A stretch of DNA of 46,844 nucleotides from a virus. Its lineage: Duplodnaviria; Caudoviricetes. The position numbers and the translations under genes were made by a program. Shown in pieces: positions 45,979 through 46,844 of the stretch. Each line of letters begins with the position of its first letter. The first letter of the stretch is position 1. The notes under the pieces are model-generated. The model was given only the letters and a program-made list of their open reading frames with translations. It had not been told where the DNA came from and ran no database searches. The DNA is taken from the IMG/VR virus record IMGVR_UViG_3300011416_000016, positions 1-46,844 of that record. One strand, 5' to 3'.

Positions 45979-46334
45979 GCGAACACGAGGACGGAATTGA
46001 CCCAGAGGCCAAGGCCGCGTTCGATCGCATCTTCGGAGAGGAATCCAAGCGCGTTGCTAAGCATGCAGCGATCAGCCTTGATCCGAAGGACGTCGAGGCC
46101 ACCAAGAAGCTGACGGAGAACCCGAAGGGCCCAGCCCAACTTCGGGTCGGAATGAAAGACGGCCAAGTCGTGATGGACTTCGGTAGGGCCATGTCCTGGC
46201 TCGCGGTGACGCCAGACGTTGCACGCGCCATAGCAAGCAAGCTCGTTGAGTGGGCCACCAGGGCCGATGCGTCCGCGCTCAAGATCGAAATGTCACCAGT
46301 GCTTCCGTTCAAACCAAAAGGAGAACGGCAATGA
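45975..46334 (+). CDS. Hypothetical protein
   Basis: G.VVMDFGRAMSWL..TP..AR.IA..L pattern; overlaps both neighbours. Confidence 0.65.
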   Translation: MSEHEDGIDPEAKAAFDRIFGEESKRVAKHAAISLDPKDVEATKKLTENPKGPAQLRVGMKDGQVVMDFGRAMSWLAVTPDVARAIASKLVEWATRADASALKIEMSPVLPFKPKGERQ

Positions 46335-46714
46335 ACAGAACCTTCCTCGCCTTCGCGATCCTCGTCCTCCTCTCCGTAGCGACCAAGGCTGCGGCTGCTC
46401 CGAGAAGCGTGCTCGTCCACACCGAAGAGTTCGCGGCAAGCGCCGTCTGGCTCGAAGACGAGCCCGGTCGGGACGGAGCTGAGCCTGAGCTGCTCGATTC
46501 AAGCGGAGGATGCGATTGGCTCGGAGACACGACATGCAACGCGAGGTGCTCAAGCAGGACGACGGGATCGGCGATCCTCGTCTCCGTCTCGTGCCAGCCC
46601 ACGGACAACCCGACGCAGTATCGCTGTGGCTGCACCTGGGTTCTGCCAGGGCCCTACGTCCCTCCGTGCTACTGGAACTGCGGCGGCTCTCGCAATGCGT
46701 TTTCACCGTACTAG
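46331..46714 (+). CDS. Secreted Cys-rich prepropeptide, defensin-like
   Basis: Signal peptide MNRTFLAFAILVLLSVATKAAA, acidic spacer, then C-x7-C-x3-C-x14-C-x10-C-x-C plus CxxxC. Confidence 0.65.
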   Translation: MNRTFLAFAILVLLSVATKAAAAPRSVLVHTEEFAASAVWLEDEPGRDGAEPELLDSSGGCDWLGDTTCNARCSSRTTGSAILVSVSCQPTDNPTQYRCGCTWVLPGPYVPPCYWNCGGSRNAFSPY

Positions 46715-46728
46715 CCGGAGGGGAAGCC

Positions 46729-46844
46729 ATGACCCACCACGGGCCGGAGCGGAGGGTGCGGCAGACGCCGCGATGCTGTGGGAGCGCCGATGGCACGAAG
46801 AGCTGCTACCTACGCTACGACGCGCGAGAGCACTCTGAGGACCA
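46729..46844 (+). CDS. Small ORF continuing across the window junction to position 49
   Basis: GGAGG RBS; reads ...AREHSED|HGHRVRVWVEDLGDAP* with its stop at 47-49. Confidence 0.65.
   Translation, partial: MTHHGPERRVRQTPRCCGSADGTKSCYLRYDAREHSED

Larger units (their letters stand above)
1..46844. mobile_element. Probably complete podovirus-type bacteriophage genome (BPP-1/T7-like virion module, initiator-type replication)
   Basis: Full set of packaging, head, tail-tube, ejection, fibre, lysis, replication and recombination genes. No host housekeeping genes. An ORF reads across the 46844/1 junction. Confidence 0.95.

Noticed and set aside
1-46844. tRNA genes, CRISPR arrays, att sites
   Set aside because: No cloverleaf with a T-loop consensus and no regularly spaced repeats in the few intergenic gaps; this was a by-eye scan only

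Overview
This window looks like a complete, circularly permuted ~46.8 kb genome of a GC-rich, short-tailed (podovirus-type) dsDNA phage; one ORF reads through the end-to-start junction. Order: small early genes and nucleases (1-3167); replication initiator with internal 11-bp iterons, a loader-like protein and an XRE HTH (3164-4567); a structured intergenic region and late promoter (5037-5257); a BPP-1/T7-like virion module (terS, terL, portal, scaffold, capsid, cement, tail tubes A/B, three small or medium ejection proteins and a 2938-aa polyvalent ejection protein); four fibre/adhesin genes; an expanded lysis/membrane cassette; a leftward early operon led by a DUF932-type gene; and a rightward operon with HNH, RecE-like, RecT-like and SLOG genes plus a secreted Cys-rich peptide. 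I recognised no integrase, DNA/RNA polymerase, helicase, tRNA, CRISPR array or reverse transcriptase. The most notable candidates are: (i) an injected protein carrying ADP-ribosyltransferase, DNA-glycosylase-like and zincin domains; (ii) exported disulfide-rich proteins, including a tail-fibre-like protein with a signal peptide and a defensin-like prepropeptide; (iii) two 4-strand beta 'half-barrel' proteins where spanins would be expected; (iv) an HDV-like pseudoknot; and (v) several out-of-frame or deleted genes missed by the ORF track. All family calls come from motif recognition by eye, not from database searches.
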